A stretch of DNA of 64,000 bases, from the NCBI GenBank assembly GCA_001179505.1, contig CDMY01000531.1, positions 287,130 through 351,129 on the forward strand, written 5' to 3'. The translations under genes and the position numbers were made by a program. Of this stretch, positions 11,709 through 22,993 are shown piece after piece (position 1 is the first letter of the stretch; the number at the start of each line of letters is the position of its first letter). This DNA comes from Vitrella brassicaformis CCMP3155. Its lineage: Eukaryota; Protista; Chromerida. The notes beneath the pieces were generated by a model. The model was not told the DNA's origin and searched no databases. It saw only the letters and a program-made list of their open reading frames with translations.

Positions 11709-13152
11709 GATGCCGGTGGCTGAGGAGCCGGATGAGGTGTGCGCCGACGTGAGCGGGGAGGAGCCGACCATCCTCCCCTCCCGCACCTCAACACGGCCGC
11801 CACACGCCTCCCCTACAACCACCGCGGCGCCAGCGACGGCGGCAGCAGCCGAGAGGCCGCGGGAGCACCAAGCCCGCCAGTAAAGAGGGAGGGAGAGGGT
11901 GAGGGTGAGTGGGAGGAGGGCGATGAGTGGCTGGCCGACGTGGGCGAAGAGGAGACTCCAATCAGCCACCCTCTGTGCAGCAGCAGCACGTTTAGCATCG
12001 CCACGCGGGACGTAGCGGGCTCTACGCCCAATGATAGCAAATCGCAGCAAGGTAAGTAACTGACGGACTGGTCAGTCAGTGTGATGGGTTGTGGTCATGA
12101 GTGAAACTGTCGTATGTGTGTTGGCTCTGCGCTGCGTTCCGTTGCTCTCTCTGTGTGCAGGTGAGTCAGTGGGCGAGCCGTGTGTCGGATCCAATACAAC
12201 GGACGAGCCGCGGGGCGTGTGCAGCCCGTCTCCGTCGCCCGGGTCACCGATGTCTGTGCCCTGTGGGTCCGCCCCGTCCTCGCCAACGGCCACCCCTCCT
12301 CCACTGGCGTTCGTCCTCACCGAGAGCGTCACGTTTGTGGCCGAGAAACGACTGACCGGCGGGAGGGGCCACTGCGAGGTCCTGGAGGGGCGACTGCACG
12401 TCACCGAGGGCGGCGTCACCACCACACGACACGCCGTCATCATGAAGTCGGCCGCCAGAGGGGACCCACAGCGCCGCGACAACCAGAGGACCGCCGAACA
12501 CTACGACAGGCGGTGTGACGAGTATAAGCGGGGGGCCAACATGGAGGCGGAGGGGCAGTGGGCTGAGTACATCAACTCTTTCGCCACGGCCGCCCAGCGA
12601 CAAGAACACCAGCACCAGTACAATCGCTTCCCCGAGACCCACACCGGGACGGCCCACATCGTACCACAGGTGCACATCCGCAGCAACAGGCAGCCCGAAG
12701 AGCCGCAGACAGAGGGGCAGGGCCACTTCGGCGACCACTACGCCGTATTTGACAAAGTCGGCAACGGTACGCACCCTCCCACTCACTCGCCGACAGAGAG
12801 ACAGATAGACAGACACTACACAAAGAGGGACAGATGTTTGTGTCGCGTCATTTCTCTGTCTCAATCTGTATCCGTATGTCTGTCTGTCTGTCTGTCTGTC
12901 TGTGTGCAGGCAAGGAGCTCGAGGACGTGATTTTCGACTCGACGTGTGGCAGCGACGACTACGGTGCCGTGGTGGGGGTCAACGTGCTGCTGTGCATGCT
13001 TGGGCTGCACGCCCTGGGCGTGACGCACAACGACTACCACTACGGCAACCTGCTGGTGGCGGACGAGGCCACCGGCGGGCTCAAGGTCATCGACCTGGAG
13101 AGCCTGCGCAAGGTCGTGTGGGCCCGACACCCCACAGCAAAATGCAGAGAGG
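11709..13152 (+). CDS. Atypical protein kinase, repeat copy interrupted by a gap
   Basis: LTGGRGHCEV, AVIMK, HNDYHYGNLL, KVIDLE. Introns at about 12053-12160 and 12768-12910. Confidence 0.7.
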
Positions 13153-13452
13153 NNNNNNNNNNNNNNNNNNNNNNNNNNNNNNNNNNNNNNNNNNNNNNNN
13201 NNNNNNNNNNNNNNNNNNNNNNNNNNNNNNNNNNNNNNNNNNNNNNNNNNNNNNNNNNNNNNNNNNNNNNNNNNNNNNNNNNNNNNNNNNNNNNNNNNNN
13301 NNNNNNNNNNNNNNNNNNNNNNNNNNNNNNNNNNNNNNNNNNNNNNNNNNNNNNNNNNNNNNNNNNNNNNNNNNNNNNNNNNNNNNNNNNNNNNNNNNNN
13401 NNNNNNNNNNNNNNNNNNNNNNNNNNNNNNNNNNNNNNNNNNNNNNNNNNNN

Positions 13453-14085
13453 GCGGGAGGGGCCACTGCGAGATCCTGGAGGGGCGACTGCACGTCACCG
13501 AGGGCGGCGTCACCACCACACGCCACGCTGTCATCATGAAGTCGGCCGCCAGAGGGGACCCGCAGCGCCGCGACAGCGAGAGGACCGCCGAGCACCTCGA
13601 CAGGCAGTGGAACGAGTCGCTGCGGGGGGTCAACATGGAGGCCGAGGGGCAGTGGGCCTACTACATCAACTCGTTCGCCACGGCCGCCCAGGGACAAGAC
13701 CACCAGCACCAGTACAATCGCCTCCCCGAGACCCACACCGGGACGGCCCACATCGTACCACAGGTGCACATCCGCAGCAACAGGCAGCCCGAAGAGCCGC
13801 AGACAGAGGGGCAGGGCCACTTCGGCGACCACTACGCCGTATTTGACAAAGTCGGCAACGGTACGCACCCTCCCACTCACTCACTCGCCGACAGACAGAC
13901 AGACAGACAGACAGACAGAGAGACACCACACAAATCGAGACAGATCTTTGTATTGTGTCATTCATTTTTCTGTCTCCATCAATGTGTATCCGTCTGTCTG
14001 TCTGTCTGTCTGTATGTGTGCAGGCAAGGAGCTCGAGGACGTGATTTTCGACTCGACGTGTGGCAGCGACGACTATCGTGCCGTG
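13453..14085 (+). pseudogene. Internal kinase fragment between two gaps (possible assembly duplicate)
   Basis: Essentially identical to 14497-15130. Confidence 0.5.
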
Positions 14086-14385
14086 NNNNNNNNNNNNNNN
14101 NNNNNNNNNNNNNNNNNNNNNNNNNNNNNNNNNNNNNNNNNNNNNNNNNNNNNNNNNNNNNNNNNNNNNNNNNNNNNNNNNNNNNNNNNNNNNNNNNNNN
14201 NNNNNNNNNNNNNNNNNNNNNNNNNNNNNNNNNNNNNNNNNNNNNNNNNNNNNNNNNNNNNNNNNNNNNNNNNNNNNNNNNNNNNNNNNNNNNNNNNNNN
14301 NNNNNNNNNNNNNNNNNNNNNNNNNNNNNNNNNNNNNNNNNNNNNNNNNNNNNNNNNNNNNNNNNNNNNNNNNNNNNNNNNNNNN

Positions 14386-16012
14386 CCGATGTCTGTGCCC
14401 TGTGGGTCCGCCCCGTCGTCGCCAACGGCCACCTCTCCTCCACTGGCGTTCGTCCTCACCGACAGCGTCACGTTTGTGGCCGAGAAGCGGCTGACGGGCG
14501 GGAGGGGCCACTGCGAGATCCTGGAGGGGCGACTGCACGTCACCGAGGGCGGCGTCACCACCACACGCCACGCTGTCATCATGAAGTCGGCCGCCAGAGG
14601 GGACCCGCAGCGCCGCGACAGCGAGAGGACCGCCGAGCACCTCGACAGGCAGTGGAACGAGTCGCTGCGGGGGGTCAACATGGAGGCCGAGGGGCAGTGG
14701 GCCTACTACATCAACTCGTTCGCCACGGCCGCCCAGGGACAAGACCACCAGCACCAGTACAATCGCCTCCCCGAGACCCACACCGGGACGGCCCACATCG
14801 TACCACAGGTGCACATCCGCAGCAACAGGCAGCCCGAAGAGCCGCAGACAGAGGGGCAGGGCCACTTCGGCGACCACTACGCCGTATTTGACAAAGTCGG
14901 CAACGGTACGCACCCTCCCACTCACTCACTCGCCGACAGACAGACAGACAGACAGACAGACAGAGAGACACCACACAAATCGAGACAGATCTTTGTATTG
15001 TGTCATTCATTTTTCTGTCTCCATCAATGTGTATCCGTCTGTCTGTCTGTCTGTCTGTATGTGTGCAGGCAAGGAGCTCGAGGACGTGATTTTCGACTCG
15101 ACGTGTGGCAGCGACGACTATCGTGCCGTGGTGGGGGTCAACGCGCTGCTGTGCATGCTTGAGCTGCACGCCCTGGGCGTGACGCACAACGACTACCACT
15201 ACGGCAACCTGCTGGTGGCGGACGAGGCCACTGGCGAGCTCAAGGTCACCGACCTGGAGAGCCTGCGCAAGGTCCTGCGGGCCCGACACCCCACAGCCCC
15301 CTGCAGAGAGGACGGCACGCCCGGCCCCCAGCCACCCACCGGCCTCCCTCCCCTGCAAAGCCACCCGGCCCCGCTGCACCTGTCGCTGCACCATCTGCAG
15401 ACGTGGGCGAGGGGCGACTACGGCTATGACATCAAGGAGGTCAACGACTACACCCCCGCCACATTCGCCGTGTTGCTCCTCTCCTTCGACGGCCCCACCG
15501 CCGGGCACCTCCGCCACTTCGCCACCGACAAGCTTAGGGCCGTGCTGCACCACTTCAGTCACCTCGCCGAGGCGGACCTGGGCGACGAGGCCGCCAGACG
15601 CGCCGTGGGCATGTACCAGAGGGCCGTGGCGGACATCAGGCAGGAGGCCCGGCGGCTGTCAACCACCGAGCGGCAGGAGCGCGCCGTGGCGCTGGGCCGA
15701 GTGCTGCAGCAGCGACGACAAGGGCCGGCCACCAAAGCCCTCGGTGCTCAAGCAGCTGGTGCGCCAGTACTGCGACGAGACCATCGCCGACGTGTGTGCG
15801 AGTGTGAGGGTGGAGGCCTACCTCTCTCTCTCACTCTCTGGACGATGTGGCAGAGAGGACGGCACACCCGGCCCCAGGTGGCAGCACCATGGACGACGCT
15901 GACTACGAGAAGTGTGGCCTCACCGGCACATCGCTGCCTACGTTTTATATTCCGTAGTCCTTTTGATTCATGTCTCGCGTCGACGTGTCGGCTAATTCGC
16001 AGCGGGGAGTGA
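14386..16012 (+). pseudogene. Atypical kinase copy with a C-terminal 2-nt deletion frameshift
   Basis: HNDYHYGN and KVTDLE present. gcgctgggccgag here versus gcgctgtgggccgag in the 55 kb copy shifts ALWAECC to ALGRVLQ. Confidence 0.65.
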
Positions 16013-16229
16013 CCTACGGGCAAATTAATGCTTGCTTGCTCGTGAAGACACACACATGTTCTTCACAGTGCACAAGAGAGAGAAGTCAACCGTCCGGCAG
16101 CTTGTCCATTCATCCATCCGTCCATCCAGTTATCCACTCAAGAACGTGCCATGCATTCCCTCTAAAAACACGACGCCCACCCCACCCACACCCTTTACGG
16201 CTCTCCCCTCGTCGCATCAGCGATCAATG

Positions 16230-16494
16230 TCACGTCATCTGCCGTGAGTTGGTCCTGCCCATCGGCAGGTGGACGGATGGCGGCAGCGTCGAGGGATCGA
16301 TCTGCAGCTTCTCCATCTCGTCCTGCAGGCACGCCATCGGCACACACGCCATGCACTCCTCTCTCTGTCCCCTGCTGTGTCTGTCCGTGTGTAGAGGGGT
16401 ACCCACCTTGTCGAATGCGAGCAGTGTGGCGAGCACCGGCAGGAGGGCCTTCTGCCGGCTGTCGGTGAACCGGCTGCGGCTGCCGTACTCGGCG
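16230..16494 (-). pseudogene. Duplicated last two exons of the GRIP golgin gene
   Basis: AEYGSRSRFTDSRQKALLPVLATLLAFDK|DEMEKLQIDPSTLPPSVHLPMGRTNSRQMT* matches 54035-54298. Confidence 0.85.
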
Positions 16495-16590
16495 CATCAG
16501 ACAGAGAAGTACATGAAGCAAACTTGCCAGCCACGGTGGGCTGTCTGCGATGAATATCTACGCAATCTCAGACGCCAGCTGAGGCGAACA

Positions 16591-18426
16591 ATGATGGCAC
16601 GTGAAGCTGCTGCGCAGACAGCAGCAGCAAAAGCCCCCAGTGACAAACGAGGTAGGATCGATGCGAGCTCTTGCATGCAAAGTATTGTGTGCTGGTTTTC
16701 GGCATGAATGCGCCGCCAGACTACTTGGCTACGCTGATAGGCGATGCCCAGCTTCCGGGTGTGGATGGCCACTTGCATACCTTCGTTTCAGCCGACGACG
16801 TGCAGCGCCTCGTTGCTGTCTGCAAGCACCGGAACGAGCTCCTCAGCAATGCCTATGTGAGGACGCGCATCACCAACTTCATCCAAACCAACAACCTCGA
16901 CAACATTGTGCAGTTTCAGGTCTGCAGTACACGTGGCAGGCTGCTACTTAATGACAAAAAGGCCGACGGGGGGGCGTGTGGTGCGTTCTTCGTGTGTGTT
17001 CAGGAGCCCAGCGTGTCGGCATCAACTCGTCGCATCAACGGTGAGAGTCGCAAGAGGTCCAAGCTGCTCATGATACTGTACCTGCTCGAGAACGGCGGCC
17101 GGTTCGCGGGCTGGGAGGGCGTGTTGGTCTACGCCAAGACGTGTGGCCGCCTCAAGACGCTGCCCATCCCCATCGGAGATGCTGTGTGCAGCATCAAGAA
17201 GGCCGTCTTCGACAGCCGTGCCGAGAGCATCCGCGACTGGATGATCATCAGTCAGCAGTTCCAGGGCAAGAGGGAGGTGACGCTGTCGCGCAGCAAGTGC
17301 GGCCTGCCGGGGGCCGAGAAGTACTATCGGGAGATGATGGGCAAGCAGTGCATGTCGGTGTTCGGGCATGCCATTCTGTACGACCCTGCTGGGCACGCGA
17401 GGCCCGATGCCATTCTGTACGACCAGGCAAGGAGAGGGAGGGGAGGGGAGGGGTCGATCCGACCAACCTCTATCTGTCTAATGCGCGCTGTCATGTGCTG
17501 TGCTGTCCTGTATCTCGCCATGCAGGTGCACGGGGGGCATGAGATGGGAGTGGCTGAGCTGGAGGAACTATATGATGAAGCGGCTTATCAGGAGGGTAAC
17601 TACCCGTTAGTCCCCCATCCGTTCGCGGACTTTGACCTGGCCGACCCGCCCATCGCACGTACGTCTGCACGCACATCGGTGGCTGGCATAAGCGAGTGAC
17701 GACACCTGTACTACTTGTGATGTATCTGTTGTGTGGTGCATGGATGCGTGCAGTCAATGGCGACACATATCGCAGCATTCGCGATGCCGTAGTCAAGTGG
17801 TAGGCCGACTCTGGGGCTGACTAATGTGCTGCTGAGTGAGCTGACTTGTACCTGCGTGGTTGTGTGTGTGTGTGTGTGTGTGTCGGTGCAGTTTGCAGGG
17901 TAAGTTGTTGGCGCATGAGGTGAATGGTGTGGGCCACCTGGGCGTACCCGGGAGCCCGAGGCTCCTCCGCACCGTGCAACTCTGCAGCCAGGTGTGGTGC
18001 ACAGATCTGCATGCTCACACATACTTGCACACATGTCATGTTTGTCTGCAGAGTCCCGATGAAGCCCTCTGGGGCCGCACGAGGGTGATGTCGACGATGG
18101 GTGATGACGTGACGTTCCGCACCATCACGCTGAGCGGCGACCAACCCGGGGACCCCTTCATCTGCTACCTCGAAGTCGTCGACTTGACAAAGGCACCTAA
18201 CCCTGGAGACCGCGGCACCATAGCCTGTCGTAAGCAAGCAAACAGGGAAGCAACGGCGCTCGCTTCAGACGGCGACTTGGTTGATTATTTCTTTCATTCA
18301 GTGTACACGACGGAGGCCCAGCAGGCTGACGATGAGCAGCCTGCCGAAGTGAAGTTCCCCCTGACCATCCAGCTGGTTCGCAACACACTCGGCCAGCACG
18401 ACGCTCACTTACTGCTCAACCTGTGA
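16591..18426 (+). CDS. Hypothetical multi-exon protein with a possible ubiquitin-like domain
   Basis: In-frame splicing by hand from MMAREAAA to HLLLNL*. Segment VLVYAKTCGRLKTLPIPIGDAVCSIKKAV resembles the ubiquitin N-terminal pattern. Confidence 0.55.
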
Positions 18427-18693
18427 ATAGCTGACCCTCCCACCCATCTGATATCTGATGCGATCTGCGTGGAGTGTGCGTGCTGTGAGTGAATGGATGG
18501 ATGGACGGACTGTGGTGGGCGGACGGCACTTCTGACATCATGTGAAAGAGATAAGGTGTCAGTATTATTCTGGGCGGAATAGACACACACCCACGCGCAC
18601 ACACACACACACACAGATGGCGCACATACAGGAGTTATCCAAATAGAGGCCATAGCAAATATCAGGTCGTTTCGACCACCCGCCCACACACTA

Positions 18694-18747
18694 ATTGACC
18701 TGAATAAACCTATTGACCTGAATAAATATATTGACCTGAGTAAAACC
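18694..18747. repeat. 3 x 18-bp tandem repeat (ATTGACCTGA(A/G)TAAA core)
   Basis: Units start at 18694, 18712 and 18730. Confidence 0.85.
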
Positions 18748-18865
18748 TCACCAGAAGACCACACACGTACGCACACACGCACACACATATATACACACCG
18801 ATATCGACACGCACCCCTCCGTCCCGTTATACACACAAAGGTGCACACTGTACAGCCGCATCATC

Positions 18866-19278
18866 TCACAATGGGTTGCCCAGGAGCCCCTCGTACTGCA
18901 GGGGCACCAGCACGCCGGGCAACACCTTGACAAACACCCGATTGAGCTGTACGGGCCTGTTGTCCTTGTCCACACCCACGATCTTGCTCTCATCGATCAG
19001 CATGTTCATCGGCGGTGGGTTGTCAAACGGGTATTTCTGCACCAAAACAGCAGAGACCACACAATGCCATCCATCCACCTATGCCGTCTCTGTCTCTCTC
19101 CATTGCCTGCCCACTTGTCTGCCCAGCAGTGAGACTTCGTCCGGGCAGTCGGTCTTTGAAATGGAGTAGTCGTATATGTACGCCTCGCAGTCGTCGAGCT
19201 GCGCCTTCTCGTCGGGCAGCCGGCCGATGTACGCCTTGGCGGGGAAGAAGGTGATCTGGCTTTGGGCCAACTGCAGAA

Positions 19279-19309
<31 letters not shown>

Positions 19310-19817
19310 GGGAGAGAGAGAGAGAGAGAGAGAGAGGGTGGCCGCACACACACACGTACATTAGACCATCTGTCGTGTGTGTGTCCATGGTGGCAGCTCA
19401 CCTTGGCCCCGTCAAGAGGGTTCATCAGAGAGAAGAAGAAGTAGAAGTCCTCCCCCTTGCACCTGGTCTTCTGCATGAAGGACCCTTCCCAGGCCAGCCC
19501 AAACAGCTCCCTGTACAAGTCGCCAGCCAATGACGGGAGCACCGAATAGATGACCTCTCCGTAGGCCGGGCCGAGCAGAAAGTCGTCGTCGATGCAGCCT
19601 GCATGGCATGAATGTGCCAGCCCCCTCTCAACAAACACACAGAGATGCGTCGTGCTGTTCGTGTACGCTTGCCTTTCAAGTAGATGGCGTCCAGCTCCTC
19701 TTTGGTCCGATTTCTCAGCTCCGACAAGGTGCTGACGGGGTGGTCGTCTTTGTCCAGGCATCCGCAGTGAGCCAGCGGCACGCAAAGCGCCAGCAGACAC
19801 GCAAAACCGCGCATCAT
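18866..19817 (-). CDS. Secreted protein of unknown function, paralog A
   Basis: Signal peptide MMRGFACLLALCVPLAHC; AWEGSFM, YIYDYS, IDESKIV. Clear paralog of 22133-22993. Confidence 0.8.
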
Positions 19818-19885
19818 CTGATCGGCTTCCGGCTTGTACGCCGTGGAAGCCGACCGTTAGGCAAACCCTTCCAGCTGCGGCGGCG
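19818..19885. promoter_or_regulatory. 68-bp divergent intergenic region containing a palindrome
   Basis: ATGs at 19817 (-) and 19886 (+); TCGGCTTCC 19822-19830 pairs with GGAAGCCGA 19845-19853. Confidence 0.5.
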
Positions 19886-21441
19886 ATGAATCTGCTGAGT
19901 GTCGCGCTGTTGCTGTCCCTCCTGACCCCCTCCTTTGCCACTTGGCCATGGGAGGAGTGGTGGCGGGGCGGGCCGAGCGTCTCGGCCTCATCGGCGCCAG
20001 CAGAAACGGCACATGCAGCTCGGCCGGCCCAGCAACCGATGAAGGCTGCCCCGGCAGCACAGACACAAGCGCAAGCAGAATCAGGAGCAGAGCCGCAGCA
20101 ACAGCCGACGAATGCTCATGCCCATGCAGCAACCGCCGAGCAAGAGCCAGAGAGGCAGGAGCCGGTGCACAAGACCGCTGCCGCCTCATCTGCCGCAGCG
20201 TCAGCCCGTCCAGAAGGCGGCGGCCTGCTCTTCCCAGACGAGCTTGAGAAATACAGCGTGGCGGAGCTGCTGCAGCTCTTCCATGAGGGCTCGGGGGAGG
20301 GCGACCTTCCCCTGGGTATGGCATTCGGCCGCGTGCAGAAGCACCTGCCCGACCTGGAGCTCTATTTTCAAGAGACAGAGGGGGAGGGACGGCTGGCCCG
20401 CCTGGAGAGGGAGATGAGGTCGGCAGAGGGAGAGGACACCCTGGCTTCCCTGCGCAAGAAGTACAACACCACTGGTGAGGTGGACGACCTCCTGCCGGGC
20501 CAGAAGCTCTTCCATGAGGCGCTGATGAACGGGCTGAACACGACCAACAGCAGCAGAACAGTGGGCGAAGGAGACTTCTCTGATGTGGCCAGGGTGCTGG
20601 GTGATCTTGGGCTGAAGGTGGTGGAGCGGTTCCTGCAGTTCTTCGAGGAGGGTATTTGGACGGGCAAGCTGTTCATGGAGGTCAGTGGGCTTGTGAAGGA
20701 GAGGAAAGGACACCCGCCGCATCTCTGATGTGTGATCCATCTGTCCATGTCCGTTGCGTGCACTGCAGACCAAGTGCCAGGGCAAGCCTTTCAACTGGTA
20801 CTTCAACATGTGGGACCCCGGCCACTTTCTCCTTCCCGTCATATCAGACAAGTACCTCGCCCAGGCCATCATCGGTGCGCACGCACTCCGGCCACAAGTG
20901 CACACACTCGTCGGGCTGTGAGGATCGATCTGTCTGTCTCTCTGTGTGTCACAGCTGCGCCCGGCTACTTGTATCATGGGCAGGTCGAGAACGAGAACGT
21001 GAGGATCGACGACAAGCAGAGCATCGTCATCAGATACGACATCAAGCCAGCCATGTGCCCAGGTGTGGTGACAGATCCAGCCCCCACCTCGTTGCTCTAT
21101 GACGCACTTGCCATCCCCCCCCTCCCTCTCTCCCTCTCTGTCTATGTGTGTGTGTTTGCTGACCGATCAATCACCCAGGTCCGACGACCAGCATGAAGAT
21201 CGTGTCCCTTTGGAACCCCTTTGGCATCAATCTGGTGGTGGACGACGTGCGTGAGCTCGTCACGGTCAAGAAGGGCCTTTACATGGGGTTGGTGTACCTT
21301 AACCTCGGCAAGTACTGGCCCCTGGTGCAGATCTACAGCCTCGAGACACCCGTGTACGACGACGACGGTGACGGTGACGATGACGATGACGACGACAAGG
21401 ATGGCGATGACGAAGACACCAAAGAAACGACAGACAGATGA
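19886..21441 (+). CDS. Secreted protein of unknown function, divergent paralog B with helical insertion and poly-Asp tail
   Basis: Signal peptide MNLLSVALLLSLLTPSFA; IWTGKLFM|TKCQG, IVIRYD, VDDVRELV, GLYMGLVY. Confidence 0.75.
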
Positions 21442-22132
21442 CGGAGCGATGGATCCATATATGCCATGCCATGCCTGCCTCCCTAATGCTTTGTACGTTT
21501 CAGTGTATATATGTCTAGCTAGGTACGTTGGTTTTGCATTGAAACGTGTCTAGGTTTGTATATATTTCCCTTGTATATATGTCTAGGTTTTGCTGGGATA
21601 CGTTGGTAGACGAGTAGAGGTCATATGTACAGCAGCTCAGAGGCGCCGCTCAAATGTGTGGCATCACATAGGAGGCTGTCAGTAGTCGAGGCAGGTCATC
21701 ACCTAATTCAGACGACTGTATCTGTCTGTGTGCGCGGCCGGTTTTGTACGAGAGCTGAGCGGGTATCCATCTGGCTGCGTGTCTGCCTGCATGCCTCCTT
21801 TGTCACATGTATATAACTCCTGCCGCCATTTCCTTCCTTCATGTTGCCCTTTGGTCTATGTGGTGCGTGTCTGTGCCAGCGAATGTATGTCTGTGTTTAT
21901 ACGGGAATGTATGTATGTATGTATGTGTGCGTGTGTGTGTATGGCTGTCTGTGTCCGATACGGCTAATACGACATACATAATGTCGCTTTAGATGTTGCC
22001 AATCAAAACCGTATTGCGAAAAAAAGAAGTCATGTCTCTGGCTCGCAAAAACGCAACGGGCACCGTACAGTCGTGTAAACACAACTGACCGGAGGCGACG
22101 GAGCTGAGAATCCCGAAACGGAAAGGGGCAAG

Positions 22133-22993
22133 ATGAAGAGCTTTGGAGTGTGTGTCGTTGCCTGCTTGTTGGCACTCGTGCCGCTGGCAAATTGCGGCTG
22201 CCTCGACAGGGAGGACCACCCGATCAGCCACCCGAAGCAACTGAGGAAACTAGACCCAAAGAAACTCGACGAGATCTTCACACATGGTCAGCAGCGCAGC
22301 CCAGCGGATGGCGACGTCCACACGGATGCTTGTGCGTGTGCCTATGCGTGTGTGTGTGTGTGCAGGGTGCATTGAGGACAAGATGATGCTGGGCCCGGCT
22401 TACGGCGAGGTCATAGCGACGATGCTGCCCTTCCCCTTCGACTATGTGTACCAGGAGCTGTTCGGGCTGGCCTGGGAGGGCACCTTCATGCAGAAAACGC
22501 ACTGCAAGGGGGAGGACTTCCACTTCCACTTCTCTCTCCTCAACCCGCTCGACGGCTCCAAGGTAGACAGACACACGCACCCTGTGTGTGCCGCATCATC
22601 TGTGTGAGTGTCTGTGTTGCCCTCCCTCCCCCTCTGTGTGTGCAGCTGTTCAAGAGCCAGGTCACATGGTTCCCCGCCAAGGCGTCCATCGGCAAGCTGC
22701 CTGACAAGCACAAGCGGCTCGACGATGAGAAGTCCTACATCTACGACTACTCCGTCTCCAAGACCGACTGCCCGGACGAGGTGTCGCCCTGGGGTCGGCA
22801 GAAGTACCCCTTCGACAACCCCCCGCCCCTCAAGCTGATCTACGACGAGGCGCGCATCGTGGGTGTGTATGACGACAAGCCCATCCAGCTGGTGCGGGTC
22901 TTTTTGAATGTCTACGAGAAGCTGCTAATACCCATCTGGTACGAGATGTACGTCAGCGGCGAACAGCCGACGGACGGCGAGTCTGATGAGTAG
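22133..22993 (+). CDS. Secreted protein of unknown function, paralog C
   Basis: Signal peptide; GPAYGEV, LFGLAWEGTFMQKTHCKGEDF, YIYDYSVSKTDCPDEVS, YDEARIV. Confidence 0.8.

Larger units (their letters stand above)
8580..16494. repeat. Tandem array of atypical-kinase repeat units; inverted homolog of 54035-57780
   Basis: Near-identical blocks by eye: 9060-10080 ~ 11140-12170 ~ reverse complement of 56280-57130; 12420-12910 ~ 13490-14040 ~ 14540-15070; 15890-16494 ~ reverse complement of 54035-54630; 8580-9060 ~ reverse complement of 57260-57780. Confidence 0.9.

Noticed and set aside
13153-14385. Exact tandem copy number of the kinase
   Set aside because: Identical sequence flanks fixed-length gaps and may be an assembly duplication, so the count is not reliable.
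12834-15162. Very long ORFs (685, 439 and 419 aa) in the ORF track
   Set aside because: They read through 300-N gaps and introns, so they are artefacts.
21355-21420. Poly-Asp run
   Set aside because: A simple GAC/GAT expansion at a protein C-terminus, recorded under paralog B.
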